A stretch of 64,000 bases of DNA from Patescibacteria group bacterium (GTDB lineage: Bacteria; Patescibacteriota; Microgenomatia; Levybacterales; UBA12049), in contig JBBTXS010000004.1 in assembly GCA_038062115.1 (NCBI GenBank), forward strand, positions 5,009 through 69,008, written 5' to 3'. The notes under the pieces are model-generated. The model saw nothing but the letters and a program-made list of their open reading frames with translations, was not told where the DNA came from and made no database searches. Every line of letters starts with the position of its first letter. Position 1 is the first letter of the stretch. This document shows positions 43,250-53,083 of this stretch, piece by piece. Made by a program: the position numbers and the translations under genes.

Positions 43250-44131
43250 ATGAGTCAAACAGTACTATTTGGTGGCAGCGGCTTCCTAGGGTCTATAATT
43301 CTTGAAAAGTATCCTGATATTATATCGATTGGTCGTAGTCCGTTACCAACTCAGCTTAAAAATAAACATATAACACTGAGCAGTCTTGATGATTTAACAG
43401 TTCTTGATTCCGTGGACTTTGACAAGGTCATTTTTTTAATTGGCAGCTCCAATCACCATGTGATTAATACAAAGCCGAGCATGGGCATTGAGTATAATGT
43501 TTTGCCACTTAAAAAAATACTTTTTTATCTTAAGAAGAGAAAAATTAAAAAATTTATTTGTTTTACAACAATCCTGCTTTATGATGTTAACAAAATGAAA
43601 TTACCAGTGGGCGAAACTCAGCCGATCAATCCTTATATCAACGACTATGTATTTAGCAAATATTTGTCTGAAGAATTGATTAAATTTTATTCTGATAAGA
43701 TTCCTTCGATTATTGTTCGCTTTAGTAATATTTATGGACCAACCAAATTAATCAGGCCTGATTTGGTGCCAACCTTGATTCGAAAGGCGCTGTCTCTAGA
43801 TGAAATTACAGTCTGGAATACAAAACCAGTTCGCGATTTTTTATATACTTATGATGCAGCAGATGCGATTATAAAGTTGCTTGATAACGATTATATTGGG
43901 CCGATTAATTTGGGAACGGGAAAATCAGTTAGTGTTGGACGTATTGCGGAGATTATAGGAGATTTATCAGGGAAAAAGATTAAGGACTTAGATCAACCAG
44001 TATCTGGTCCTATGAATTTTGTTTGTAATATATCTCGCGTGAAAAATCTTACTGGTTGGGAGCCTAAATATTCCATTGAAGAGGGGCTCAGGGAAACATA
44101 TGAGATTATGAAACAATATGCAAAAGGATAA
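43250..44131 (+). CDS. NAD(P)-dependent sugar-nucleotide reductase/epimerase (SDR)
   Basis: 293 aa. VLFGGSGFLGS, YVFSKYLSE (YxxxK) and RFSNIYGP. Confidence 0.6.
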   Translation: MSQTVLFGGSGFLGSIILEKYPDIISIGRSPLPTQLKNKHITLSSLDDLTVLDSVDFDKVIFLIGSSNHHVINTKPSMGIEYNVLPLKKILFYLKKRKIKKFICFTTILLYDVNKMKLPVGETQPINPYINDYVFSKYLSEELIKFYSDKIPSIIVRFSNIYGPTKLIRPDLVPTLIRKALSLDEITVWNTKPVRDFLYTYDAADAIIKLLDNDYIGPINLGTGKSVSVGRIAEIIGDLSGKKIKDLDQPVSGPMNFVCNISRVKNLTGWEPKYSIEEGLRETYEIMKQYAKG

Positions 44132-44143
44132 TTTATTAGTTTT

Positions 44144-45319
44144 ATGATAAAGCTTATAAAATCAACTTTTTATAAGGAGCAAGAGACAAAAAATGCTCTT
44201 TGTAAGTTTATACAAAAATCCCAATATTTGAGTATTGGAAAAGAATGTAAAAAATTTGAAAATAAATTTGCTTCCTGGCAGGGAAGAAAGTATTGTGTTA
44301 TGGTAAACAGCGGTAGTTCTGCGAACCTCGCTGTAGTTCAGGCGCTTCTAAATTTGGGAAATTTAAAAAAAGGAGACTATGTAGGATTTTCAGCAGTAAC
44401 ATGGTCTACCAACGTTATGCCCCTAATCCAACTCGGATTAAAAGCTGTTCCTATAGATATTGAGCTTGATACGTTAAATGTTTCAAGTAAAAAATTAATT
44501 GAAAAACTTAAAAAATTTCCAATAAAAATGCTTTTTCTTACTAATTTGCTTGGATTTTGTGATGATATAGATGAGATAAAAAAAGTATGCGATAAAAAAG
44601 AGATAATATTAATTGAGGATAACTGTGAATCTTTAGGGACAGTATATAAAGGTCGTAAGCTTGGGAATTTTGGACTTGCTTCTACAGTCTCTTTTTATGT
44701 AGGCCATCATCTTTCAACTATTGAGGGTGGAGCAATTTGTACAGACAATGTAGAGTTTGAAACAATGCTTCAAATGGTCAGGGCTCATGGTTGGGATAGG
44801 AATTTGACAGAACGTAAACAACTAAAAATAAGAGTTGAGCATAATGTTAATTCTACATTTTATTCCCGCTATACTTTTTATGATCTGGGATACAATTTTA
44901 GAACAACAGAAATAAACGGATTCATAGGGAATACCCAAATGAAATACATAGATGAAATTATAAATAAAAGAAAAAATAATTTTTTAAAGATTGCAACGTC
45001 TATTTATAAAAATATAAACAGGTATTACCCGATTAAATATGATCACATCGATTTTATTTCTAATTTTGCTGTGCCTGTGATTTGCAAGTCTCGGAAGATT
45101 CGAAACGAATTGGTAGAAAAATGCAAAGATAAGATAGAAATTAGGCCTATTGTGGGAGGAGATATGGTTATGCAGCCATTTTTCAAAAAATATGTCAATG
45201 ACTTTATGGGAGATAACTTAAACGCTAAAATTGTACACGAACAAGGTTTGTATTTTGGAAATAATCCTGAGCTTACGGAAGAAGAAATAAACAAAATAGT
45301 TAAAATATTTACGGCTTAA
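44144..45319 (+). CDS. DegT-fold PLP/PMP-dependent sugar 3-dehydratase (ColD/E1 class) rather than an aminotransferase
   Basis: 391 aa. In [19 protein letters not shown] a His occupies the position of the Schiff-base Lys (compare FSFYPTKNLGTVGDGGAI in 32737-33885). This is the hallmark of ColD/E1-type 3-dehydratases. Confidence 0.6.
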   Translation: MIKLIKSTFYKEQETKNALCKFIQKSQYLSIGKECKKFENKFASWQGRKYCVMVNSGSSANLAVVQALLNLGNLKKGDYVGFSAVTWSTNVMPLIQLGLKAVPIDIELDTLNVSSKKLIEKLKKFPIKMLFLTNLLGFCDDIDEIKKVCDKKEIILIEDNCESLGTVYKGRKLGNFGLASTVSFYVGHHLSTIEGGAICTDNVEFETMLQMVRAHGWDRNLTERKQLKIRVEHNVNSTFYSRYTFYDLGYNFRTTEINGFIGNTQMKYIDEIINKRKNNFLKIATSIYKNINRYYPIKYDHIDFISNFAVPVICKSRKIRNELVEKCKDKIEIRPIVGGDMVMQPFFKKYVNDFMGDNLNAKIVHEQGLYFGNNPELTEEEINKIVKIFTA

Positions 45320-45324
45320 ATTTT

Positions 45325-46395
45325 ATGGGAAGTTCTCAGCACAATAAAAAAGTTTTAATTACAGGATCTGCAGGATTAATTGGGTCCGAATCTGCTAAGT
45401 TTTTTGCAGCATTGGGGTTTGAGATCCATGGAATAGATAATGATATGAGGAAATATTTCTTTGGAAAAGAAGCAAGTACAAAATGGTCATTAAGAAATCT
45501 CAAAGAACAGTTAAGGAATAAATATATTCATCACAATATTGACATTAGGGATAGTAAGAAGCTAACAGAAATATTTAAGAAGAACAAATTTGATCTTATT
45601 ATCCACACAGCAGCGCAACCATCTCATGATTGGGCAGCGAAAGAGCCAATAACAGATTTTACAATAAATGCACTTGGCACATTATATCTTTTGGAAAATT
45701 TTAGAAAATATTCACAAGAAGCCGTATTTATATTTACCTCTACCAACAAAGTTTATGGTGATCTTCCAAATAATCTTCCTTTAATAGAACTTGAAACCAG
45801 GTTTGAACTTCCTAAAGATCATAAATATTACAAAGGCATAGATGAGTCAATGAGTATTGATAATTCTATGCATAGCATATTTGGTGCCTCAAAGGTAGCA
45901 GCAGATGTAATGGTACAGGAATACGGAAAATATTTTGGTTTAAAGACAGCTATATTCAGAGGCGGTTGCTTGACAGGGCCAGCTCATAGCGGAGCAAAGC
46001 TTCACGGATTCTTGGCTTTTCTAATAAAATGCATTGCAAAGGGTGAAAAATACACAATTTTTGGCTATAAAGGGAAACAGGTTAGGGACAATATTCATTC
46101 TTATGATCTTGTAAATGCATTTTATCATTTTTACAAAAAACCAAGAAAGGGGGAAGTATACAACATTGGCGGCTCAAGACATTCGAATACGTCAATTCTT
46201 GAAGCTATCGAAAAAATAGAACAAGTCTTAAATAAAAACGCAAAAATAGAATACAGTGATAAAAATAGAAGCGGAGATCATCAGTGGTATATTTCAGATG
46301 TGTCTAAGTTTAAAACTCATTACCCTGATTGGGACTTCATGTATAATAACGACATGATAATTAAGGAGATATGTAAAAGCGGTCACTTTCAATAA
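45325..46395 (+). CDS. CDP-paratose/tyvelose 2-epimerase-like SDR
   Basis: 356 aa. [63 protein letters not shown] and [14 protein letters not shown] track the RfbE (tyvelose epimerase) sequence as I recall it. Confidence 0.65.
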   Translation: MGSSQHNKKVLITGSAGLIGSESAKFFAALGFEIHGIDNDMRKYFFGKEASTKWSLRNLKEQLRNKYIHHNIDIRDSKKLTEIFKKNKFDLIIHTAAQPSHDWAAKEPITDFTINALGTLYLLENFRKYSQEAVFIFTSTNKVYGDLPNNLPLIELETRFELPKDHKYYKGIDESMSIDNSMHSIFGASKVAADVMVQEYGKYFGLKTAIFRGGCLTGPAHSGAKLHGFLAFLIKCIAKGEKYTIFGYKGKQVRDNIHSYDLVNAFYHFYKKPRKGEVYNIGGSRHSNTSILEAIEKIEQVLNKNAKIEYSDKNRSGDHQWYISDVSKFKTHYPDWDFMYNNDMIIKEICKSGHFQ

Positions 46396-46400
46396 GCCTC

Positions 46401-47552
46401 ATGAATTTTGAAGAACAAAAATTTATTGTTGCAACCCACCAAATGGTCTATGGTGCCCCACAAGCTCTGAAAGATTATTTAATACAGAAAAACACCAAAG
46501 AGCTGGTATTTATTGGTTTGCCTTTTCATGAACAGCGAACGACCTTTTTTGAAGTATATGAAAAAAATAAAAAAATTTTTAGCAAATTATTTTCACGAAA
46601 ATTTTCTTTTGGATTTCTTGATTATATTCTGGATTTTCTAACGGTATTCTACTTAATACTTAAACAAAACCATAAGTACGACTTTTTTTTTGGTGTTGAT
46701 GGGCTTAATTGTTTAGCAGGCTTACTGCTTAAAAAAATGAAGAAGGTCAATCACGTCGTGTTTTATTCAATAGATTTTGCGCCAATTAGGTTTAAGAATA
46801 AAATTCTCAATTATATATTTCACGCAATTGAAAAAATATGCGTCAATAAATCTGATTTAGTTTGGAACGTTTCGCCTCGGATTGCAGAAGGCAGGGAGCA
46901 GTTTCTTCAGATAAAAAACGATCCTACGCATCAGGTTGTAGTGCCAATAGGTATTTGGAATAAAAATATTAAAAAAAGAGATTTTAAAGATGTAAAAAAA
47001 CACCAATTATTGTTTGTTGGACATTTACTTGAGAAGCAAGGAGTACAACTTGTCCTTGATGCAATTCCGGATATCGCGAAAAGAATTTCTGATTTTAAAT
47101 TTGTTATTGTAGGCGGAGGAGAATATGAGAATGCATTAAAAGAAAAAATAAAAAAGCTTCAAATTGAAAAATATGTTTATATTACAGGTTGGATACGAGA
47201 GAGGGAAAAGCTTGATGATATGATGAGCGAGAGTGCCTGTGCGATTGCGGTTTATAAGCCTGAGAAAGAAAAACTGTATAATTTTACTTACTATTCAGAT
47301 CCCACAAAGTTAAAAGATTATCTTGGAGCCGGACTTCCCATAATTCTAACAGATGTTTCGTACAACGCTTCGGAAATTCAGGAACAAAAGTGTGGCATAA
47401 TTGTCGACTACGAAAGGAAAAGCGTAGTAGAAACAATATTAAAATTGATGGGAGATTCAAGGAAACTTCAAAAATATAGAGAAAATGCAATTAGTATGGC
47501 AAATAGGTATGAATGGAGTAATATCCTTGATAAAGCGTTCAAACATGAGTAA
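46401..47552 (+). CDS. GT-B-like glycosyltransferase candidate (paralog of 48305-49411)
   Basis: 383 aa. LLFVGHLLEKQGVQLVLDAI...FKFVIVGGGEYE has the GT-B C-terminal domain layout. KLYNFTYYSDPTKLKDYLGAGLPIILTD is shared with the paralog. Confidence 0.5.
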   Translation: MNFEEQKFIVATHQMVYGAPQALKDYLIQKNTKELVFIGLPFHEQRTTFFEVYEKNKKIFSKLFSRKFSFGFLDYILDFLTVFYLILKQNHKYDFFFGVDGLNCLAGLLLKKMKKVNHVVFYSIDFAPIRFKNKILNYIFHAIEKICVNKSDLVWNVSPRIAEGREQFLQIKNDPTHQVVVPIGIWNKNIKKRDFKDVKKHQLLFVGHLLEKQGVQLVLDAIPDIAKRISDFKFVIVGGGEYENALKEKIKKLQIEKYVYITGWIREREKLDDMMSESACAIAVYKPEKEKLYNFTYYSDPTKLKDYLGAGLPIILTDVSYNASEIQEQKCGIIVDYERKSVVETILKLMGDSRKLQKYRENAISMANRYEWSNILDKAFKHE

Positions 47553-48291
47553 AAATAATAACAGTGACCATTATAAAAAGCAACTTGATTATTTTAGCAG
47601 TGAGTTTGGGGAAAATAATCAATATAAATTGTTTTCTTGGCAAAAAACTTATATTGATAGGATTAAAAAAGAACTTCTTGGCAGAAACTACAAGGGGAAA
47701 ACGTTGATCGACATAGCCTCGGGATCTGGTTACGTGGCAGTTGAGATAGCGAGGCTTGGACTAGATGTAGTAGCGACTGATTTAACTCCTGAAGCAATAA
47801 AAAATCTGAATAAATACAAAAAACAATTTTCTCTTTTTAATTTAAGAGTGGTCAAGTGTTATGCGGAAATAATTCCACTACCAGATAAAAGTGTTGATTT
47901 TGTCGTTGCAAATGCTATCCTAGAGCATATTCCTAATGAAAAAAAGGCAATTGATGAATGGAAACGATTATTAAAAAAAAATGGAAAAATCTTTATAACA
48001 GTGCCATTGCGTTTTCGTTATATATGGCCATTTCTCTGGCCGATAAATTACTTTCACGATAAGCGCATTGGCCATTTGCGAAGATATGACTTGCAAAATC
48101 TGCAAGAAAAGTTCAATCTAAGAGTCTTAAAAGTTTTCTATACAGGACATTTACTTAAAGTTATTAGCGCTATAGCATCCTTACTTATAAAGAGTGAAAG
48201 ATTTAGTGAATTTTTTGAAAAAATTGATACTAAGCAAGAAAGTAAACGGTATGGAGCAAGTAATATAATTGTATTGTTTGAAAATAAATAG
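47545..48291 (+). CDS. Class I SAM-dependent methyltransferase
   Basis: True start is ATG 47545 (ATGAGTAA overlap with the upstream stop). LIDIASGSGYVAVEIARLGLDVVATDLT (motif I). Confidence 0.75.
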   Translation: MSKNNNSDHYKKQLDYFSSEFGENNQYKLFSWQKTYIDRIKKELLGRNYKGKTLIDIASGSGYVAVEIARLGLDVVATDLTPEAIKNLNKYKKQFSLFNLRVVKCYAEIIPLPDKSVDFVVANAILEHIPNEKKAIDEWKRLLKKNGKIFITVPLRFRYIWPFLWPINYFHDKRIGHLRRYDLQNLQEKFNLRVLKVFYTGHLLKVISAIASLLIKSERFSEFFEKIDTKQESKRYGASNIIVLFENK

Positions 48292-48304
48292 ACCCACATG
48301 ATTT

Positions 48305-49411
48305 ATGAAAAAAAAATACCGTTACAAAAATCTCTTTTTATACTCAAGTCTGCAATTTATAGGAAACATTGAAGAATACTTTGCAGATAGTACAGAGAAG
48401 CTAGTAGCCTTTATTATAATGCCAAGGCTAAAGCATACATATAATCTTATAAGACTATACAAAAGAGGTGAATTAATTGAAGAAAAAAAAATAAGATTTT
48501 CTGAGAATATTATTTTGTATTATCTCTTATGGTATATCTATCAAATATTCTTTTTAATTAAGTATTTTTCAAGACAGGAGAAGGTTTTTGTAATAACTTT
48601 TCATCCTCTTTCATTTTTAGGCATGAGTATTCAAAAAATGGTACGGAATATAGAATATGTATATTGGATGGGCGATTATTTTCCTCCTGTAAATTTATCT
48701 CTTCGGCTATTCGAGAAATTAAAAAAACATTATCATGATAAAATGCTTTATTGTTGTTACTTAAGTAATAGAATTAACGAAAAACTTAATGGGAAAATTC
48801 TTGATACCCCTTATCGAAAAACTATAATGTGGGGAGTAGACGCGAAGCCTATAAAGAGGGAGTCTAATAAATATAATTTTTCCTTTCTTTTTGTTGGTCA
48901 GGTAACAGATTCTCAGGGGTTAGATTTTTTTTATAAATTTCTTAAGTCTCATAAAAGATATTCAATAAAAATTATTGGTATCTGCGATGAGATGTTATAT
49001 GAAAAACATCAGAGGTTAATTAAGGATTATAGCATTGACAATCAAGTATATTTTCCAAATAAATTTTTTTCCAATGAAGAATTGGAGGATATCTCAAGGA
49101 GTTGTCATGTTGGGGTAGCTTTGTATAAAGTTGGTAAGCTAAACGCGACTTACTATACTGATCCAGGAAAAATAAAAACCTATGTACAATTAGGGTTACC
49201 CATTCTTATGTCTGATATCTCAGCAATAGCAAGCTATATAAAAAATTTTAACGCAGGAGAAGTAGTTGCATTAAATAAGAAGTCAATCTATGAGGGAATT
49301 ATAAAAATTAGAAATAACTATGAAAGTTATACTAGGGGTATTGCAAAGCTTAACCAGTTCTTTTATTATAAAAGCTATTATAAGGGATTATTTACCTTTT
49401 TAGAGAATTAA
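48305..49411 (+). CDS. GT-B-like glycosyltransferase candidate (paralog of 46401-47552)
   Basis: 368 aa. FSFLFVGQVTDSQGLDFFYKFL and KLNATYYTDPGKIKTYVQLGLPILMSD. Confidence 0.45.
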   Translation: MKKKYRYKNLFLYSSLQFIGNIEEYFADSTEKLVAFIIMPRLKHTYNLIRLYKRGELIEEKKIRFSENIILYYLLWYIYQIFFLIKYFSRQEKVFVITFHPLSFLGMSIQKMVRNIEYVYWMGDYFPPVNLSLRLFEKLKKHYHDKMLYCCYLSNRINEKLNGKILDTPYRKTIMWGVDAKPIKRESNKYNFSFLFVGQVTDSQGLDFFYKFLKSHKRYSIKIIGICDEMLYEKHQRLIKDYSIDNQVYFPNKFFSNEELEDISRSCHVGVALYKVGKLNATYYTDPGKIKTYVQLGLPILMSDISAIASYIKNFNAGEVVALNKKSIYEGIIKIRNNYESYTRGIAKLNQFFYYKSYYKGLFTFLEN

Positions 49412-49421
49412 TTAATATCCT

Positions 49422-50414
49422 ATGGAAAAGATAGAAAAAATTGAAATATCTGTGGTTATGCTTGTTTATAATTCGGAAACTACAGTATTAGAGTCACTAG
49501 AGAGTATAAAAAAGCAAGACTATAAAGTAAAAGAAATTATTGTTATCGATAATCATTCAACGGATAATTCTATTAAAATTGTCGAAGATTTTAAAAAAAA
49601 GAATAAAAATTTAGAAATAATAATAATAAAACGAGAGAAAACGCATGCTGTTTCAGCAAGTTACAATCTTGGAGCAAAGCTTGCGAGAGGAAATTACTTA
49701 GTAACATATCATTCAGATTCAAGTCTTCCAACGAATCAAGAACTTCGAAAACTCCTAATGCCATTCCTAGAAGATCCGACAGTTGTTGCGAGTGGCTCTA
49801 TTACGATACTTCCCGAAGATATCTGGAATAAATATGGATTTTGGCAAAAGTATGTATACGCTGGTGCAGCAGGAAGAGAAGTTGCATCAGGAAATTGTAA
49901 ATTTGATTGTTATAAAAAAGATGTTTTTTTAAGAATTGGCGGATGCGATGAGATAAATTTTGGAGGCAAAGACCATGTAGGAGGTGAAGATGCGGATCTT
50001 CATATAAGATTGCGACAAGTAGGAAAAGTAGCGTTAAGCAAGGGAAAAGTAATTCACCTTCATTACATGGGAACTAATTATTCATTACGTGACGTTATAA
50101 AAAATAAATGGAGACTTTCACGCGCCTATGGAAGGGTTCTGAGAATTAGAGGCAAGCAGCTTACTATAAAGTCAATCTCACTTTTGTTAGCAAAACCTGC
50201 TTTGGGAATTTTACCCTTAATTCCATATTTTCATGCACTTGGAATAGTATTACTGATTCTTTACTCTTTTGCTTACTCACAAAAAATGTTTTTAACTCGC
50301 TCAACACATATGGATTTTCGCATACTGGTAGTCCCTTTGCTCAATATTTTTTTAATTTACTATGAAACTTTTTGTATGATGCGAACGTTTTTTATTATTA
50401 ATAAAGACAAATAA
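49422..50414 (+). CDS. Family 2 glycosyltransferase with C-terminal membrane helices
   Basis: 330 aa. ISVVMLVYNSETTVLESLESIKKQDYKVKEIIVIDNHSTD and GGEDADLHIRL. Confidence 0.75.
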   Translation: MEKIEKIEISVVMLVYNSETTVLESLESIKKQDYKVKEIIVIDNHSTDNSIKIVEDFKKKNKNLEIIIIKREKTHAVSASYNLGAKLARGNYLVTYHSDSSLPTNQELRKLLMPFLEDPTVVASGSITILPEDIWNKYGFWQKYVYAGAAGREVASGNCKFDCYKKDVFLRIGGCDEINFGGKDHVGGEDADLHIRLRQVGKVALSKGKVIHLHYMGTNYSLRDVIKNKWRLSRAYGRVLRIRGKQLTIKSISLLLAKPALGILPLIPYFHALGIVLLILYSFAYSQKMFLTRSTHMDFRILVVPLLNIFLIYYETFCMMRTFFIINKDK

Positions 50415-50421
50415 GATCTTT

Positions 50422-51195
50422 ATGAAAGTTATAATTTTGTGCGGAGGAATTGGATATAGATTAAAAGAGGAAACAGAGTTTAAACCCAAACCCATGGTTC
50501 TTATTGGCGGAAAGCCTATTTTGTGGCATATTATGAAAATATATGCACACTATGGTTTTAATGATTTCATTATAGCGTTAGGATATAAAGGGGATTATAT
50601 AAAACAATATTTTCTTAATGAAAAAAACATGACTCATGATTTTACTCTTAATACCTTAACCGGCGATACAAAAATACATGAAAATAATATCGGTTCTGAT
50701 AATTTTACAATAACTTTTGTTAATACAGGAGAAGGAACCCTTCCCGGAGAAAGAATACTAAGAGTTAAGGACTACATTCCAAAGGAAGATAAAAATTTCA
50801 TGGTTACTTATGGCGATGGATTATCTGATATTAATATTAAAGAATTAATAAAATTTCATGAAAAACAGAGAACAATAGGAACTGTGACAGGCGTTCATCC
50901 GCGCAGTAAATATGGATTGCTTGGTACCGACAAAAATAAAATAGTAACTTCGTTTATCGAAAAACCCGTTCTAAAAGAATGGGTAAATGGAGGATTCATG
51001 ATTTTTAAAAAAGATTTTTTTAATTTTTTAAGAGAAGGTGAAATGGAGCACGAAGCGTTAAAACGCCTTTTAGGAAAAAAACAACTTTCTCTCTATATAC
51101 ATGATGGATTTTGGCATTCAATGGATACATATCCTGATGTAGATAGCCTCAATCGCTATTGGAAAGAAGATCCAAGATGGAAAGTGTGGCGATAA
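50422..51195 (+). CDS. rfbF: Glucose-1-phosphate cytidylyltransferase
   Basis: 257 aa. MKVIILCGGIGYRLKEETEFKPKPMVLIGGKPILWHIMKIYAHYGFNDFIIALGYKG is nearly the canonical RfbF N-terminus. Confidence 0.85.
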   Translation: MKVIILCGGIGYRLKEETEFKPKPMVLIGGKPILWHIMKIYAHYGFNDFIIALGYKGDYIKQYFLNEKNMTHDFTLNTLTGDTKIHENNIGSDNFTITFVNTGEGTLPGERILRVKDYIPKEDKNFMVTYGDGLSDINIKELIKFHEKQRTIGTVTGVHPRSKYGLLGTDKNKIVTSFIEKPVLKEWVNGGFMIFKKDFFNFLREGEMEHEALKRLLGKKQLSLYIHDGFWHSMDTYPDVDSLNRYWKEDPRWKVWR

Positions 51196-51206
51196 ATGAA
51201 TTTCAA

Positions 51207-51592
51207 ATGAACGAGAAAAGTTACGATATTCACGAGAGGATTTTTAACTTTGTAATAAGTGTTATTGAGTTTTTGAATAAAATTCCAAAAACTTCTACGA
51301 ACCTAATCTTTATCGGTCAGTGTACACGTTCGGTTACTTCTATGGGGGCAAATGACCAAGAAGCGGATGAGCACTAACTAAAAAAGATTTCGTTCATAAA
51401 TTTACGGATGTTCGAAAAGAAGGTAAAGAAACAATTTTCTGGTTAAGAGTTATAATTCGAACAAACGATAAGAACTATTCACCAGAAGGAGAAAGACTGA
51501 CTTCTGAGGGAAACGAAATAGTTGGAATCGTTAGTACAATTATCAAAAATGCTTCAAAGAACGAAAAAGCGCGAAAACAATTTGATATTTGA
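51207..51592 (+). pseudogene. Frameshifted four-helix-bundle protein (23S rRNA intervening-sequence protein / Avd-like family)
   Basis: The N-terminal half (MNEKSYDIHERIFNFVISVIEFLNKIPKT...SMGANDQEADEH*) stops at 51375-51377. The family continuation ALTKKDFVHKFTDVRKEGKETIFWLRVI... runs in the -1 frame from 51371 to TGA 51590-51592. A 1-nt loss near 51369-51371 explains it. Confidence 0.7.
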
Positions 51593-51626
51593 AATTTGAA
51601 ATTGGTATTATTTGAAATTAAATGAT

Positions 51627-52559
51627 ATGAAAGTATTGGTGACGGGTGGTGCTGGATTTATCGGAGGGCATTTAGTTTTTGAATTAATAAAACATGGCGC
51701 ACAAGTTTTCGTCATAGATATAGAAGTTAACCCCAAGTCATTTTTTGCCTTACAGAATTTATCGTCACATGCTTCGCTTGATATCGTGGATATTAGAGAT
51801 AAGGAAAAAGTATCTAGGTACTTTGATAAATCCAGTTTTGATTATGTTTTTCATTTGGCGGCGGAGCCTATTGTTGAAGAGGCGTTTATAGATCCTTATT
51901 CTGCATTTGAAACAAATATAATGGGAGCTGTTAATATTCTTGAGGCGGTTAGGAAACACAAAGAAATAAAAGGAATTATTGTTGCATCTTCGGACAAGGC
52001 ATACGGGAAAACAAAAAAAGCATATACAGAAGAATCACCTCTTAGGGGAGATCATCCATATGACGTTTCGAAGTCGTCTATGGATCTTATTTGTCAGTCA
52101 TATTTTACAACGTATAACCTTCCCATTGTAATTACTCGTTTTGGAAATGTATATGGGGAAGGAGATTTGCATTTTAATAGAATTATCCCCGGTATTTGCA
52201 AGGCGGTGATAAAAAATGAAGTATTAGACATAAGAAGCGACGGGACTTATATTAGGGATTATTTATATGTAAAAGACGTAATAAATGGTTATATATTTTT
52301 ATTAAAGAATTTTGAAAAAATAAAAGGAGAAGCTTTTAACTTTTCATCAAGTGATACGCTTTCAGTTGTTGATGTTGTTAAAAAAGCAGAACAAATATTA
52401 AGAGTAAAAATCCCTTATAAAATACTAGATATTGCCCAAAACGAGATTCCATACCAACATTTAAATGATGCTAAGATCAGAAAACTTGGCTGGAAATCAG
52501 AATACGATTTGGATGCAACTTTAAAATCTACTGTTCAGCGGTATAAACTCGTATTATGA
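51627..52559 (+). CDS. CDP-glucose 4,6-dehydratase-like extended SDR
   Basis: The track start is TTG 51612; ATG 51627 gives MKVLVTGGAGFIGGHL. YDVSKSSMD (YxxxK) and RFGNVYGEGDLHFNRIIPG. It lies next to rfbF. Confidence 0.65.
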   Translation: MKVLVTGGAGFIGGHLVFELIKHGAQVFVIDIEVNPKSFFALQNLSSHASLDIVDIRDKEKVSRYFDKSSFDYVFHLAAEPIVEEAFIDPYSAFETNIMGAVNILEAVRKHKEIKGIIVASSDKAYGKTKKAYTEESPLRGDHPYDVSKSSMDLICQSYFTTYNLPIVITRFGNVYGEGDLHFNRIIPGICKAVIKNEVLDIRSDGTYIRDYLYVKDVINGYIFLLKNFEKIKGEAFNFSSSDTLSVVDVVKKAEQILRVKIPYKILDIAQNEIPYQHLNDAKIRKLGWKSEYDLDATLKSTVQRYKLVL

Positions 52560-53080
52560 TTTTTACAAAAACTAAAATTGAGGGAATCTACATAGTTGAG
52601 CCGGAGCCAAAAACAGATGGGAGAGGATACTTTCAGCGTGTTTATGATATTAAGGAATTTAAAGACCATGGTATTGACTTTAAGATAGTTCAGGTTAATA
52701 ACGCTATGTCTTTGCGTAAGGGAACAATTCGGGGTCCTCATATGCAAAAAGCTCCCAACTCCGAGGATAAATTAATGCAATGCGTCAAAGGTTCTATATT
52801 TGACGTATCAATTGATTTTCGGAAAGAATCACCGACTTTTGGTCAATGGATTAACAATTTATTAACAGACAAAAATAAGAAAATGGTATTTATACCAAAA
52901 GGAATTATGCACGGCTATCAAGTGTTAGAAGATAATACTGTCGTTCAGTATCCCGTCTCGCAATTTTATTCACCTTACGATGTAATAGGAATAAGATGGA
53001 ATGATCCTTTTTTTAAAATAGAATGGCCAATAAGAGATGTTATTGTTTCTAAGATAGATAAAAGTTGGCCTTTGTTTTAA
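52556..53080 (+). CDS. dTDP-4-dehydrorhamnose 3,5-epimerase-family (RmlC-type) sugar epimerase
   Basis: 174 aa. IEGIYIVEPEPKTDGRGYFQRVY, IRGPHMQKAPNSEDKLMQCVKGSIFDVSIDFRKESPTFGQW, FIPKGIMHGYQVL. ATGA overlap. Confidence 0.8.
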   Translation: MIFTKTKIEGIYIVEPEPKTDGRGYFQRVYDIKEFKDHGIDFKIVQVNNAMSLRKGTIRGPHMQKAPNSEDKLMQCVKGSIFDVSIDFRKESPTFGQWINNLLTDKNKKMVFIPKGIMHGYQVLEDNTVVQYPVSQFYSPYDVIGIRWNDPFFKIEWPIRDVIVSKIDKSWPLF

Positions 53081-53083
53081 CTT

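Noticed and set aside
46648-46661. tctactt aatactt inside gene 46401-47552, considered as a fifth AATACTT array.
   Set aside because: It has only two units (14 nt). A match of this length is plausible by chance in AT-rich DNA, so I did not count it.
51207-51592. The four-helix-bundle gene considered as evidence for a diversity-generating retroelement.
   Set aside because: There is no reverse transcriptase ORF and no template/variable repeat pair with adenine-specific mismatches anywhere in the window. The family is also common outside DGRs.
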